Shown here piece after piece: positions 25,241 to 37,530 of a DNA stretch of 64,000 nt (its first letter is position 1; each line of letters opens with the position of its first letter). Origin of the DNA: Felis catus. Lineage: Eukaryota. The stretch is taken from positions 44,580,001-44,644,000 of the forward strand of contig NC_058368.1 of assembly GCF_018350175.1 (NCBI RefSeq), given 5' to 3'. Made by a program: the position numbers and the translations under genes. The notes below the pieces were generated by a model. It was not told the DNA's origin and did no database searches. It worked only from the letters and a program-made list of their open reading frames with translations.

Positions 25241-25915
25241 TGCTGTGGATTGAATTGTGTCTCCCAAAAGATATGTAGAAGTCCTCATCCTTGATACCTG
25301 TGAATGTGACTTCACTTGGAGATATGATCTTTGCACATGTAATTAAGATGTAAATGAAGATGAAGTCATAGTGGAATAGGGTAAGCCTTTAATCCAGTAT
25401 GACCAGTATCCTTATAAGAGAGAAGAGGGATGCCTGGGGGGCACAGTCAGTTGAGCATCCAACTTTGGCTCAGGTCATGATCTCATGGTTCCTGTGTTCA
25501 AGCCCCATATCCAGCTCTATGCTGACAGTTCAGAGCCTGGAGCCTGCTTCAGATTCTATGTCTCCTTCACTCTCTCTTCCTCTCCCCTGCTTGTGTTCTC
25601 TCTCAAAAATAAGTAAACATAAAAAAATAAATAAATAAGAAAGGAGAAGAGACAAACAGTAAGAATGCCTTGTGAGGATCAAGGCAGATATTACAGTGAT
25701 GCATCTATAAGCCAAAGAATGACAAGGATTGCCAGCTGTCACCAGAAGCTAGAAAAAAAGGTGGGAAACACATTCTCCATCAGAACCCTCAGAAAGACCC
25801 AGCCCTGCTGATCTCTGGATTTCAGACTTCTGTCTTCCAGAACTGTGAGACAATAAATTTCTGTTGTTTTAAGCCACCCATTTTGTGGTACTTATTACAG
25901 CAGCCCTAGAAATAG
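25241..25915 (+). mobile_element. MaLR LTR (MLT1B/C-like) interrupted by a Can-SINE at ~25426-25635
   Basis: TGTGGATTGAATTGTGTCTCCC...CCTGTGAATGTGAC...AGAACTGTGAGACAATAAATTTCTGTTGTTTTAAGCCACC. Confidence 0.88.
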
Positions 25916-26090
25916 TATGTGGCCCAGAACATATGAAAATTCCAGAGAACTCCATGGCTATTGCTGTTAATTCTAATATAATTTAAAGGATCAAGTTTAT
26001 TATTTTATTCAAAATGTAAGTATTACATTTTTAACATAATATCAAAATGATTAAGGATTTCTCCTTTTTACCTAATGAGAGGGCTGTATT

Positions 26091-26308
26091 CTTTTTTTTT
26101 TTTTTTTAATGCTTAATTATTTATTTTGAGAGACAGAGGGAGAGAGAGACTGAGCAGGGGAGGGGCAGAGAGAGAGGGAGAGCCAAGCAGGCTCCACAAT
26201 GTCAGCATGGAGCCTGACATGGGACTCGAACCCATCAACTGTAAGATCATGACCCTAGGAGAAACCAAGAGTCTGACACTTAACCGACTAAACCACCCAG
26301 GCACCTGG
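26091..26308 (-). mobile_element. Can-SINE
   Basis: T tail, GA tract, CCACCCAGGCACC. Confidence 0.92.
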
Positions 26309-28279
26309 GAAGGATAGATTCTAAAACATTTTTTCTTCATGATGAGAACATAAGTAAATGATGCTAATAACTTTTAGAACTAGTAAGAGCTGTAATGTGT
26401 AAAGGACTGAGCAGATATTTTGAGCTCAATAAAGTATGAGTCTAAGTCCATGTTTGGCTTTTTCTTAGCCCTACTCATTTAGGTAAATCTTTATGAGTTT
26501 CCAGTCCCTCATCTGACTCATTTACATTGTTGACAAGATACATTATATCAGGTTTGTAAGATTCCTATGAAAGTTTCAAAGTATTATAATTTTTCTCCCC
26601 AGTTTTTCCAGTAAAGAAAGTTAGGAAAGTGAGCACTTTTATTCTTAATGTGGAGGGGGAAAAAATGCTGCTTTAACATTTTGACTCATCACAATTTATG
26701 TTAATTAATTAGTATAATTCACTCAGACAAGAAATGTTGGCTTCATGCTCAGCAAGATGTTTTCCAATCGCAAAGATTCTTATTTATATAGGAGGTAGCA
26801 TTGAAATATTATTGGCCTCTCTGGTCATTATAGCTAATATTTATAATCCTGTGGCCTTCTAAAGAAATGCCAGTATACCAGAAATAACATTTTGTGGTGT
26901 TATTGCTTTACCTCAAACTCACAGCTTTTACAGGGACACTAAGGTGGAAAGAGATCACTGAAACTCAATTTTCCTGTCTTTGTAACAATATTTCTAACCT
27001 TTGTTGCAGAAATGGTTTGATTTTTTAACGCTCGTGTCCACAATGTTAAAACTGTTGAAAGTTTCCAGAACCATAAGTCTAACCAACCCTTCCTTCTTCA
27101 TCTCCTCCATAGCAAATCATATTACTTTAGGGTATCAAGGAACCACAATGGGGAAAAAAAGAACAAAGATTGTTTTTGCTTTTATAGTCTTTGCTTTCAC
27201 AATTCAACAGTAAATCAACAGTGAACATTTGGTTTGCCTGAGGCAAACATGAAATCAGCTTGCCTGTTTGGAGCTTATATTGTCTTTTGTTCTTATCTGA
27301 TAACTCTTCAGAATAAGCACAAACTCTCCCATCTTGAAGACCCTCAGTACCAGTGGTAGTCCCCACTGAATTTATTCATAAAAATGATGTGAAATTCAGC
27401 TGTCCAATTTTGTATTTGTGAGGAGTATTGGTAATATAGTTCAAAATAAAGCCACAGAGAAGAATTCATTTCAGCATAGAAATAATTTCCCCTACAGTTA
27501 ATCCTGTTTTTATTCAGACACAGAGACTTGCCTCCACAAGGCCATTTCTCTCCCTAGAAAGAAGAAAGTTTTGTTGAAGGGAAAAAAAGCCATCTGACTC
27601 AACAGATACTTAAGCACACAAGGAAGAAAACTCTTTTTCAGGATGATTTTCTTGCCAACAAACTCTGAGTGTCCTCCTGGCCATACCCAGTTTCAATGCC
27701 AGATTCAAGCCTTCCTAGTGACAAAGGAAACTGTCAGAAAAGTGGAAGACATCAGTAGTGATTTGAAAACACAATAAGACAGGGGAAGCAAGGGAAAAAG
27801 AACAAGGCATGAGAAATTCAAACTGATAGGCCTGATTTAGCTGATAGCTACATCATGAAGCAGTACTTTGATTTGTTAAAGAGATGTGTAAGACTTAGCT
27901 TGAAGTTATTTCCTTTGCTAATTCTTTCATTTTTCCTATACATTTCTTAAAAGAATGAATCTCATGTGTGCAAAAAAGTATTTGTAAGGGATAAAAACAT
28001 AAATGAAATTCAAAGTATTCTCAAAGCAGCTAATGAAATAACTCTGTTACCTTTAAAGTAGGGCAAATAAACTTAAATGGTCAAAAAACAAAATATTGGT
28101 TAAGGTTTCTGGTATGTCACACTCCTGAGGACTAACAGGAATTAGGGTCCCACCCTCCATTTTCCAGAGAGCACACATAACTGGATATTTACCTGAGGGC
28201 TTGTGGCAGTACCAGAGTCTCTCTCACTCTTTCCATAGAAAGGTGATTCTATGCCCCTCCTTCCTGAATCTCCCAGAGC

Positions 28280-28620
28280 TGTGTATTTTGACCAGTAGAA
28301 GCTGAGTCCTGTTGTGAGGAACCCTAACAGCTCCATGGAGAGGCTCATGTGCCACAAGACTGTTGCCAGTGCTCTAGCTGAGTGTCCAGCTAGTTAGTAA
28401 CCAGCACAAACCTGTTAGCCATGTTTGTTGAGCCATCTTTGGAAGTGGATCTTCCAGCCCTAGTCGGAACACTCTAATGATGCCACAGAGAACAGAGAAA
28501 AAATTCCCCATAAAGCTCTGATCACATTGCATATGTGTGAGCAAAAGAAATGATTCTTCTTGTGACAAGCCAATAATTTTTGGGGTGGGATGTTACCCAA
28601 CATTAAAAAGCCAGATACTG
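28280..28620 (+). mobile_element. Old MaLR LTR (MLT1H/J-like)
   Basis: CATGGAGAGGCTCATGTG, GAGCCATCTTTGGAAGTGGATCTTCCAGCCC, TGTGAGCAAAAGAAATGATT. Confidence 0.7.
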
Positions 28621-29950
28621 TTTTTGGAAAGTAGTTTAACAGGCTCTACTACTCCTACCATAACTCCAGCACTTCTCTTACCTGAATTTAAAAGAAAAAG
28701 ACTTGGAAAAACATTGAATAGACAGAGCTCTCAGAGTTGTAAATAACTCCCCTAATTCTCTGGGTACTTTCCCCAAGTAGAGGTGGGGGAAAAGGTAGGA
28801 ATTAATAGGCTTTGTTACCTTTTTTGTTTCACTTCTTAACTCCTCTACAGATATTTACTGGGATCAGACCTCCACTAAATTACTTTCTTGTAAATTATTG
28901 TCTTGAGAGAACCCTAACAAAGACAACCTTAGCTAGTGATGCAGTGCCCACTGGTTGCATAGGTATGTCTTAGTTATCAGTACTTTTGCTTGTAAAATAA
29001 TGGATGTAGTGTCTTCTGTGATCTGGTGCCCCACACTTTGGTTTTATCATATGTAACTAGTTTATTAATGCAAATCAATGCATATAAATATGAGTAAGTT
29101 TGGACTTGTTTCATTATTTTTTATTTATTTTTTAAACATATCCCCAACTGGATAATGTAGAATCTCTCTTCTCTAATTAGTAAATTCCTTAGTGATAAGA
29201 TTATTTGATACTTTCTACACTTTCTGTTACTGAATTCCTTATAGCCTGTGTTTAAACTTCCAATTAAAATCCAATTCAAGTCTTATATCTTGCCTAAATG
29301 GTTGTTTCAGTCCTAGGAATTCAGAGGGAGGAGGAGGTAGGACGTCTTTCATTCTGTCATTTCTCTACAATGGAGATGAGTGTGTTGGAGTTATGTCTTC
29401 TCCGGTATTCTGTTCTTGCTCCCTCTTCTGGGTTTGCATCCCCTGATGTTGTGGGCTGAGAAGGAAAGAAAGGCCATGGTGGGAATCTTCTTAGAAACTA
29501 AGCACATCTCAGTGGTAAAACAACCCAGATATAGGTCTCATTGGGTCTGGCCCTCTTAGTTGACCATGACTACTGCTGAAATGATATTCTGAAGGGATGG
29601 GGATCAGTGTTTAGCCTCCTTTTATACTTACATACTTAGAAAACTTCATTGTTTTTCTGAAGACTCTGAAAGCTACGGGAACTTAGGAGAGCATTTTTCT
29701 CCTTCTTCTTTCCCTGGAAACACCATTCTACGAGTCCCTATTCATTGTGTACTTGCAAATTTCTCTAGTAACACTTCTGCTTTCAGAAATATTCAAAGAT
29801 GTGGGCACGAATTTCTATATCTACATATGCTGCCAAACTCTAGTAAATAATGACAAAATTATATGAGTTTTTTCTCTTGACATCCTATTTACAATATTAT
29901 AAGATCGCAATTTCATATCTTAGAAATGCACTAATAAAAATGAGAAATGT

Positions 29951-30074
29951 GGGACGCCTGGATGACTCAGTCGGTTAAGCACTGACCCTTGATTTCGGGT
30001 CACAGTCACAATCTCACAGTTCATGGGATTGAACCCCATGTCAGACTCAGTGCTGACAGCACAGAGCCTGCTTG

Positions 30075-30118
<44 letters not shown>

Positions 30119-30209
30119 TCTCTCTCTCTCTCTGTCTCTCCCCCCAAACTCTTCCCCCTTCCCTGCTTTCTCTCTATTTCAAAATAAATAAATAAACATT
30201 TTTTTTTTT
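29951..30209 (+). mobile_element. Can-SINE with long (CT)n
   Basis: 13-bp TSD AAATGAGAAATGT (29938-29950, 30210-30222). Confidence 0.95.
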
Positions 30210-30429
30210 AAATGAGAAATGTACTACTTGTATAAGAAGTCAATTTTACTCAGTCCTCTCAGAATTCTTCAACATTTTGGCAGGTCAACTTTCTTGAAAC
30301 AAAACAAAACAACAAATAATGAGAGTGTTACTGAGATGCCCTTGAAGCAGAGATACCTACTGCTTCAGTTGGCCCAATGGCAGCAACATCTATCATGCCA
30401 TTCCTAGATTTCCCCTCATCTACATCCAC

Positions 30430-33400
30430 AGTCAACAGTTTTGTTGTTCTCAATTACTTGCATGATGGGATTTGAGCCCGCAGATGACCCTTTCCTTGTC
30501 AGGCCACAGCTGATATAAATACTCATTTACCATGGTCACTAGACATGGAAACACCAATCCCATGAGTTTCATACATTGTTTTCTCTATGCTTTCTATAGT
30601 AGAATCATCAATTCCTCCTGCTTATGTAGTGACTTTGGCCATTTGGTCTTCTGGTACAAGGATCTCAAAGTGACTAGGCACGAGCCACAGTTTTGGCTTA
30701 CTGTGATCCCTGGGAGAAAAGTGCCTTTAGGGATCAGGGCTTTTCATCAAGCAAAATCTATGTTTACAGGGAGAAGGAAGCAGAAATTCCACATGTGACT
30801 CACTGATAATGACAGTGAAAGGTTTCTTCTACTTCCAAACTTTAGACCTCAAAGCACATATGGGATAAAGCAGCATGTACTGGCTATTGGGCCCTTGTAT
30901 ATTTTTCATCTCGAAGAGCACTACCCTGATGAGAAGGATGTCATAATCAGGGCATTCGCTATATCTTCAAGTGTACACTCCAATGTTCTATCAGATTAGC
31001 TGTTTTCCTGATGATGTAGAATATGATACTAAGGCCCACTTCATACACTGTCAGATGGATTTGGAGCAGTTTTTCACTTAGCATCTGGAATTTGAAATCC
31101 CCACTCCAGCTAGGAGTCCCTAGTATCAATGACAGTTCAAAGTACACTCAACAATCCTGAAATATTTGAGTATTCCTCTTTCTACAGTTACTCTGGTGAA
31201 TGACCATAGGTTTCTTTGAGATATACAGTAATAATTACTACTATGTATACATGTTGTAACACCAAATACTTACTTCTCAAAGAGCCCTGGCCTCCCCTTC
31301 AGTCGAAGGGACTTGTGTTTGAGGAATGTTGAAGGTCTAGAAATTGGGCTCACTGTTATAATTTGCATTATAACAATTGCCATCAGCCTTCTATTTCCCA
31401 CTGTTTAAATTTCTTCATTATAAAAGTTAAGAAATCACTGACTGCTCATTGACCCTTTTTTGAAGAATACCAGAGTCTGTTAGTCATCCATAGATTCCTA
31501 GGAGTCACAAGTGTCATTTCATCCTTTCTACTACTACCACAATTATGCCTACTTTGTCTCTGATGGTTAAGTGCTGAAACTTGATCTTTGTTCTTTTGGA
31601 ATTCTGTGTTTCTCACTGACATTGTATTATCCAGTTGAATAGCTAACTTTCTACCATCAATCCCACCACAGGTGAATAGCCACCACTGGCTTCTCAACAA
31701 TACTGGTGGCTCCTCATTGCTTTGGAGACATTATCCTTCAAGATAATCCTTGGAAATCAGAGGCAACTACTGGGTTATCTAATTTTGTATAATAAATTTA
31801 CTCTTGCTTGCTATGTTTTCAGCCTTTTGACCATACGCAGTTCTGGCATTTCTACTTCATTACTGCTAATCACCTAGCTTTTTTTTTTTCCCATTCTTGA
31901 AGAAATCATCCTATCAACATAATATTAGGGCTATCTCCAGGTGTCCTTGACAGGTACAATTTATGAAATCATAGGAACCCAATTATTAATAAACTCTACT
32001 TTATTCAGCTTTATATTCAGCCCCCATTGACCTAGCATCATCACAATCTAGTCCCAATCATGATCTCTCTGTTCTGGTTGGTTTCTAATAACTGGTTTCA
32101 CCAAATCTTTCAATGAATAATCCCTTACTTCCTACAGCAGAGACAGTACTTCCTTCATTAATCCATACCGAGATTTGGTCACATGTATTACTCCAGAAGC
32201 AATGAGGGAAAGTGGAGGAAGGTATTATCTTGCCAGACATCTACTTCCTGTGAGACCTTAGCATGGTTTTTAGGCAAGGAGTGAGAGTTCTCCCAAAAGT
32301 TATCCCTGAAAAAAGCATTTAAATGCAAGTTGTTTCCTTGAAGGGTGATCTTAAGAAACACTATATGTGGAGAAAACAAATGAGGAAGTTTGCCAGTGTT
32401 CCCCCAAAACTCATGTCGACCTGGAATGTGACCTTTGGAAATGGGGTCTTGCATATGTAATTAGATGAGGTCATACTGGGTTAGGGTAGGCCCTAAATAC
32501 AACAACTGATGTCTTTATAAAAGATAGAAAAGGGAGATACAGAGACACAGAGGGGACAGAGAAGAAAGTCATGTGATGATGGAAGCAAAGTCTCAAGCAA
32601 TACAGATGTAAGACAAGGAACACCAGGGATTTTTGGCAACCATCAAAAATGAAGAAGCAAATTCCTTAGAACCTTCAGAGAAAAGCATGGTCCTGTTTAC
32701 ACCTTTATTTTGGATTTCTACCCTCCAAAACTGTGAGAGAATAAATTCCTATTGTTTTAAGTCACTTAGCTTCTTTGTTTTTTATAAAAGCAGCCGTAAG
32801 AAATAATACAGGCAGGGAAAGGAAGAAAGTCAAGAAAGGGTGTGTTATCAAGCTCTGAGCCACTGCAATTTAATCCCACCTAGGAATTCTGAGTATCCAT
32901 ACAGAACACATCCTTCAGTTATTCCTCTTGAAAATGCAGGAATTAGGGTAATTTTCTACCAATTACCATTGGTTAAATGCTGTTTTCCAGAGAATTCTTT
33001 GGTTCCCCAACACTTCTGATACATTAAGCACTTGAGCAGAACAGGTTCTGGTGGTCCTTCAGTCAAGAGGGCACAAAGGCTGGCAGCTGGAACTAAAGCT
33101 TCTGTGCTTGGAAATGGTAAGGACAGATGAAACACTGACAGTTGTCTGCTACAGATATTCAAATAAATCCATGTTGTTTATTCACATTCAAATTATATGG
33201 ACCATCAGGCCCACGGATCTTTCTCCAAATTTGTTCAACTCCTGACCTCAGTGGGTCTTCACTGAGTAATCTTCTAGTAGGCCAGACTTTTGGCTGCAGT
33301 TGCTTTTGTTTTGTTATGATTCCTGTAGAAAACTAGTCCTTCACAATTCAGGAGAATCTTGCTCACTTCTGTGCTGTTTTTCATACAGGCCTCAGTGGTC

Positions 33401-33800
33401 TTTCAGTAAAACACAATACTACACCTCCTGGATTACTTCCAGACAGTCTTCTCCAAAGAGATGGTAGCTGTTTAGTTTACAGTTCCATGAATGACCATAT
33501 TTCCAAAGTGTTTCCTCCATCCAGGGTGATTGTGTCAGTAAAGTGTTCCAGAGCAGCCACACATTGTACCAGAGCCACCCCTTTCTAATTTTATTTGGGC
33601 CCTGGTAGTAAACCTGGATTACCTGCCCAGACTTCCTGCTTCCTCATGGTCATTTCCGTTATTGGTCCCAGTGTCTCTCAGTTTGGATAAATTTTTTTCA
33701 TCATGCCTTAATAACATTAAAAAGAGGAAAGATGTCTCTTCCTTTACTCTTAAGAGATCCCTTGGTTTCACACAAATTTGTCTATCCCTCCATAGTGACC
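30430..33800 (-). mobile_element. Decayed ERVL-class internal sequence with an LTR33-like LTR (~32280-33160), itself interrupted by an MLT1B-like LTR (~32390-32810)
   Basis: Minus-strand peptides ANLIEHWSVHLK (integrase-like) and QVSALNHQRQ (ERVL gag-like); LTR33-like TGCAAGTTGTTT...AGGGTGTGTTATCAAGC; MLT1B-like GGAATGTGACCTTTGGAAATGGGGTCTTGCA. Confidence 0.65.
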
Positions 33801-34089
33801 TTCTTGAGTTTCTTACCAAAGGGCTATTAGGAGGCATTATATTAATGACATAAATTTGGTTCTTATGTAAACTCAGAATGTACTCATGATTCTTAAAAGC
33901 CAACTTGCTAATGAATGCTATTAGTCACAAGAGGAATAAGGCATGAGGATATGAGTAAATTGCGTTCATATTCACCAAAGCTAATAGAAAAGCAGTGACT
34001 TTTTTCTATCAGTAAAATACCAATTTTACACTAAGTATAATATTTTAAAAGTACTTACTTGTCCAGATGTTTGGTGTAAATTATTTATT

Positions 34090-34720
34090 TGCTAAAATAT
34101 TTACTGTTCACCTACTTTGTGCCAACATTGTGCTGAGTGCTGGGTGGATAAAGACAAACAAATATAGCTCCTCTCCTTATAAAGCTTATAATATGGGAGG
34201 GAAGAGAGAAATACAGTTAATCAGCCAAATAATAAAATAATAAAAAGATAGCAATTGCTATTACTATAAGAAGAAATTGCAGTGATTAAAACTAAAAAGT
34301 TACAAAAGCCAAACAATTCTGGAGAAGGAGTTCGGGGAAGAAGTTTCAGAAGTTATATTTATTAAGAACACTAATGGAATCAGTGGGATCAATCTTATTT
34401 TGCGGGAAGGTTGGAATAATACTGAATCTGAAAGCAGCCAGTGTATGCGAAGCATTGTGCTAGAGATCAGGGTATTGTGCTCTGCAGGATCCAGAAGATA
34501 CAAAACCTCATAGCTAATGATAAGAAATGTCAGTTTTTTTCCCAAGGATATTAAGTGTTAAGCAAGTGTGGATAGCACAACATAATTTATGGAGGATTTA
34601 GGATTTATTTAGGAAAAACTTTCTGCTTTGTGCATAATCCACTGAAGAAAGTATATGAGAAAGCAGAGAGCAGAATTTGTAGTCTATGGCAGTTGTCTAA
34701 GTGAGAGGCCAAACTTTTAA
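34090..34720 (-). mobile_element. L2 3' fragment
   Basis: ATATTTACTGTTCACCTACTTTGTGCCAACATTGTGCTGAGTGCTGGG typical L2 end. Confidence 0.7.
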
Positions 34721-34749
34721 AATTAGGATTATCATTGGTTGTGACTATT

Positions 34750-35600
34750 TCTTTTCTGAGTTCAACTTGATTTTTGACTCCGTATACACAGCTTGATGCG
34801 TTATGGCTGGACAAGTCCAATGCAGTGATAGTAGACCACATGTTTCACACACTGATTAAGAAAGATGAATAAGTTTCTTCACTTGTGAATTCCATACTGG
34901 GAATTTACAACAACATTGTGGGGAATGTGATTCAATGATTATTAGAACTGCAATCCAATTAGAACTGTTGGGTTGGTGCTAAATGAATATAAACTTCAAT
35001 TCTTATCTAAAAATTTGTCCTGAAAACATTTGTATGATACAGGAGATATATACAGGACGTGACCATTTCTTTTTACCTAGGGCTCAGATTGATGTTAAAA
35101 GCTCTCATCAGAAGGGAAAATTTCCATTATAACAGATATATCAAAGAACAGGAAGGTACTTAAATTTCTTAGGTTATATTTTTTGTTTAGCCATGACTGA
35201 CTATAATTTTATTGTTTTTCAATAGTAACTACAAAAATTTTATTTTCAAAGTTATAAATTCATTTGATGAGTAACTCTGTGAAGACTTCATTTTGATTTC
35301 ATAGTAAACAGTTCAATAGACAATGAATTTCTTAGCTATTGATGTGTAAGTTTTGCCACTGGAAATATTCATTCAAAGGGAAATTAGCATAAGGGTTTGG
35401 AATTTTTACTTAATGAATCACATATTGATTTAACAAAGCTCTTTAGCAACACTGCCTTTCCTCTTTCCAAACTGCACAACACAATAGTTATAATAACTTC
35501 AATACCACATCATCTTCATCATTTTTGTGGTAATGTAATACTTAAAGCTACACTTATTTCAAGGTCGGTTTTATTGGTAGTTTAATTGGCTATACATAGA
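34750..35600 (+). pseudogene. Candidate endogenous viral glycoprotein relic (bornavirus/Mononegavirales-type class III fusogen, C-terminal half)
   Basis: Manual translation across stops and shifts: SEFNLIFDSVYT/QLDALWLD, IVGNVIQ..NCNPI, YTGRDHFFLPRAQI, GRYLNFLG, terminal hydrophobic TLISRSVLLVV*LAI; order and spacing resemble remembered bornavirus G. Confidence 0.5.
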
Positions 35601-35692
35601 TATAATTGAAACTGTATATCAATGTATATAATTTGAATTATGTATATATAGATATAACTTGAATATATCATAGATATAATTTGAAGGTTTAT

Positions 35693-36130
35693 TTGGCTAT
35701 AAATACACCTAACAATATACTTTCCTGGAATTCTCATCTTGTATTTTCTCTTCTTTTTGATGAAGACACTGAAGAATTTACTGTTTTGTAAAGGGCACTC
35801 AATTAGGCTTTATTCCCATGGAAGAGAACTCAAAAATTTAAAAATATTAAAAAAATGCATCCAAGGTATATGCATATGGGAGGTGATAAAAAGTTGTGGG
35901 AGACATATATGTTCTTAGATAATATACATAAAGCTGTTTGTCAAACTGAGGGATTTGATGGAAAAGGACTGAATTACTGAGGAATGTTGGATCCAGTAAC
36001 AGAATAACAAAATGATTTAGTGAGGTACAGATAAATCAGTCTGGCAGTTCTGAAACTATTTTTGGAAATATTAAAGGCTCCATGAGTGTTAACTTTTCTG
36101 GACAGACTGATGCGCATTGTAGACCCTTAA
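35693..36130 (+). pseudogene. Candidate viral matrix (M) relic
   Basis: One frame of 145 codons (6 internal stops, TTG in place of ATG), close to BoDV-1 M length (142 aa); weak motifs LWETYMFLDN, DPVTE, FLDRLMRI; lies between the G-like and L-like relics. Confidence 0.4.
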
Positions 36131-36279
36131 ACTCACCCAAATAATCCTGACCTAAAAGTGGAAGCACTTTCTTAGGCTTCCTATGTGAAATGTGTTTTTT
36201 TCTCTTATGAGAATAACCACTGAAGCATCTAACGTGATCTATAGCAAATGTTTGGGACCTCTTCCCTGTTTAGTGGGTT

Positions 36280-36770
36280 AGATTATTGAAAAGCATGATA
36301 TAAAATAATGATTGTTTATTCTAAAAATAGTTTATACAATGTTCAAATCATTATGTTCCAGGTTGAGAGAAAGATGCCTGAAATGAGAGTAGCTATCCAT
36401 TTCAGATGACATCTAACACCTGGTCGTGCAACTGTTACTGGACTAAAGTCTGTAGGTATGGACAGAGGAAAGAGTGTTATCATATCTTGGTGAACCTAAA
36501 TGATAGACTCTGGCTTTAGATGTTTGCAACATTTTGGTGTCAGTTCGTCTGCAACCTTTTGTTATAGAATTGGAGTTAACCAATATATCACTCATGTGGG
36601 TAAATAGGCATGAAGAACTTGTACCTAATAGATTCTCCTTATACTGGGCTGAAGTGCAGCCTCATGTCAAAGAAAAGTTTCTTTAATAGGACAACAAAGT
36701 CTTTTAAAAATTCTATAGTGAGCTGTATATTCTGCTTCAATGGGGACAATGAAGAACATATCCTCCAATA
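36280..36770 (+). pseudogene. Candidate viral L polymerase N-terminal relic
   Basis: LKSMI*NNDCLF...NHYV and SISDDI*HLVVQLLL compare with remembered BoDV-1 L LKNPLLGTEVSF...PHHV and LASCDYYLLFRQVVL. Confidence 0.5.
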
Positions 36771-37530
36771 TGAAGAATGAGAAAGTGGACATCTCTGAAA
36801 ATCCTATGGACAGTAAAAGACTAATAAGGGAATGTTATGAACAACTTAATATAAATACACTTAGTAACAGAGATGAAATGGACAAATTCCTTGAAAGACA
36901 TAGACTATCAAACTCATTCAAAAAGAGACTATTTCTGTGGTTATTAAATGAATTGAATTTGCAGTTAAATATATTCTAACAAAAATTTTTAGACCTCGAT
37001 GGGTTTACTTGCAGGTTCTGCCAAACATTTGAGGAGGAAATAATATGAATTTTACATACATTCTTCCAGATAATTGAAGATAAAGGCATATTTCTGAACA
37101 TATTTTGTAAGGCTAGCAATGTCTTGGCAGAACCAGAAAAGGCAAGACAAGAAAATAACTTACGAGAATTGATGCAAAAATTCTGAACACAATTTTAATA
37201 AAATAAATCCAAAATTTTATCATGACTAAATGGGGTTTATTTTAGAAATGCAAAGTGGTTTGATGTTTGAAAATTAAGCAATGTAATTCACCATGCTAAT
37301 GAGACTAAAAAAGAAAAACGGTAAAATTATCTCAATAGATGCAAAAAAAAAAGAATTTTACAAAATCCAACCTTCATTGATTATAAAGCTTTTAGAAAAC
37401 TAGGAACAGAAAGGAATGTAAACTGATAAAGGGCATGTAGGAGAAACCCACAGTTACCATCACACTTGGTAAAAAATTGAGTAACTTTCCCCTAAGGTTT
37501 TAAAAGAGGTGGGAATGTCCCCTCTCACTT
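36765..37530 (+). mobile_element. Old L1 ORF2 fragment
   Basis: NMKNEKVDISENPMDSKRLIRECYEQL...DEMDKFLERH; ATCTCAATAGATGCA. Confidence 0.9.

Noticed and set aside
27630..27780. Possible exon after TTTTTCAG
   Set aside because: No recognisable protein, no convincing donor site, and no partner exons
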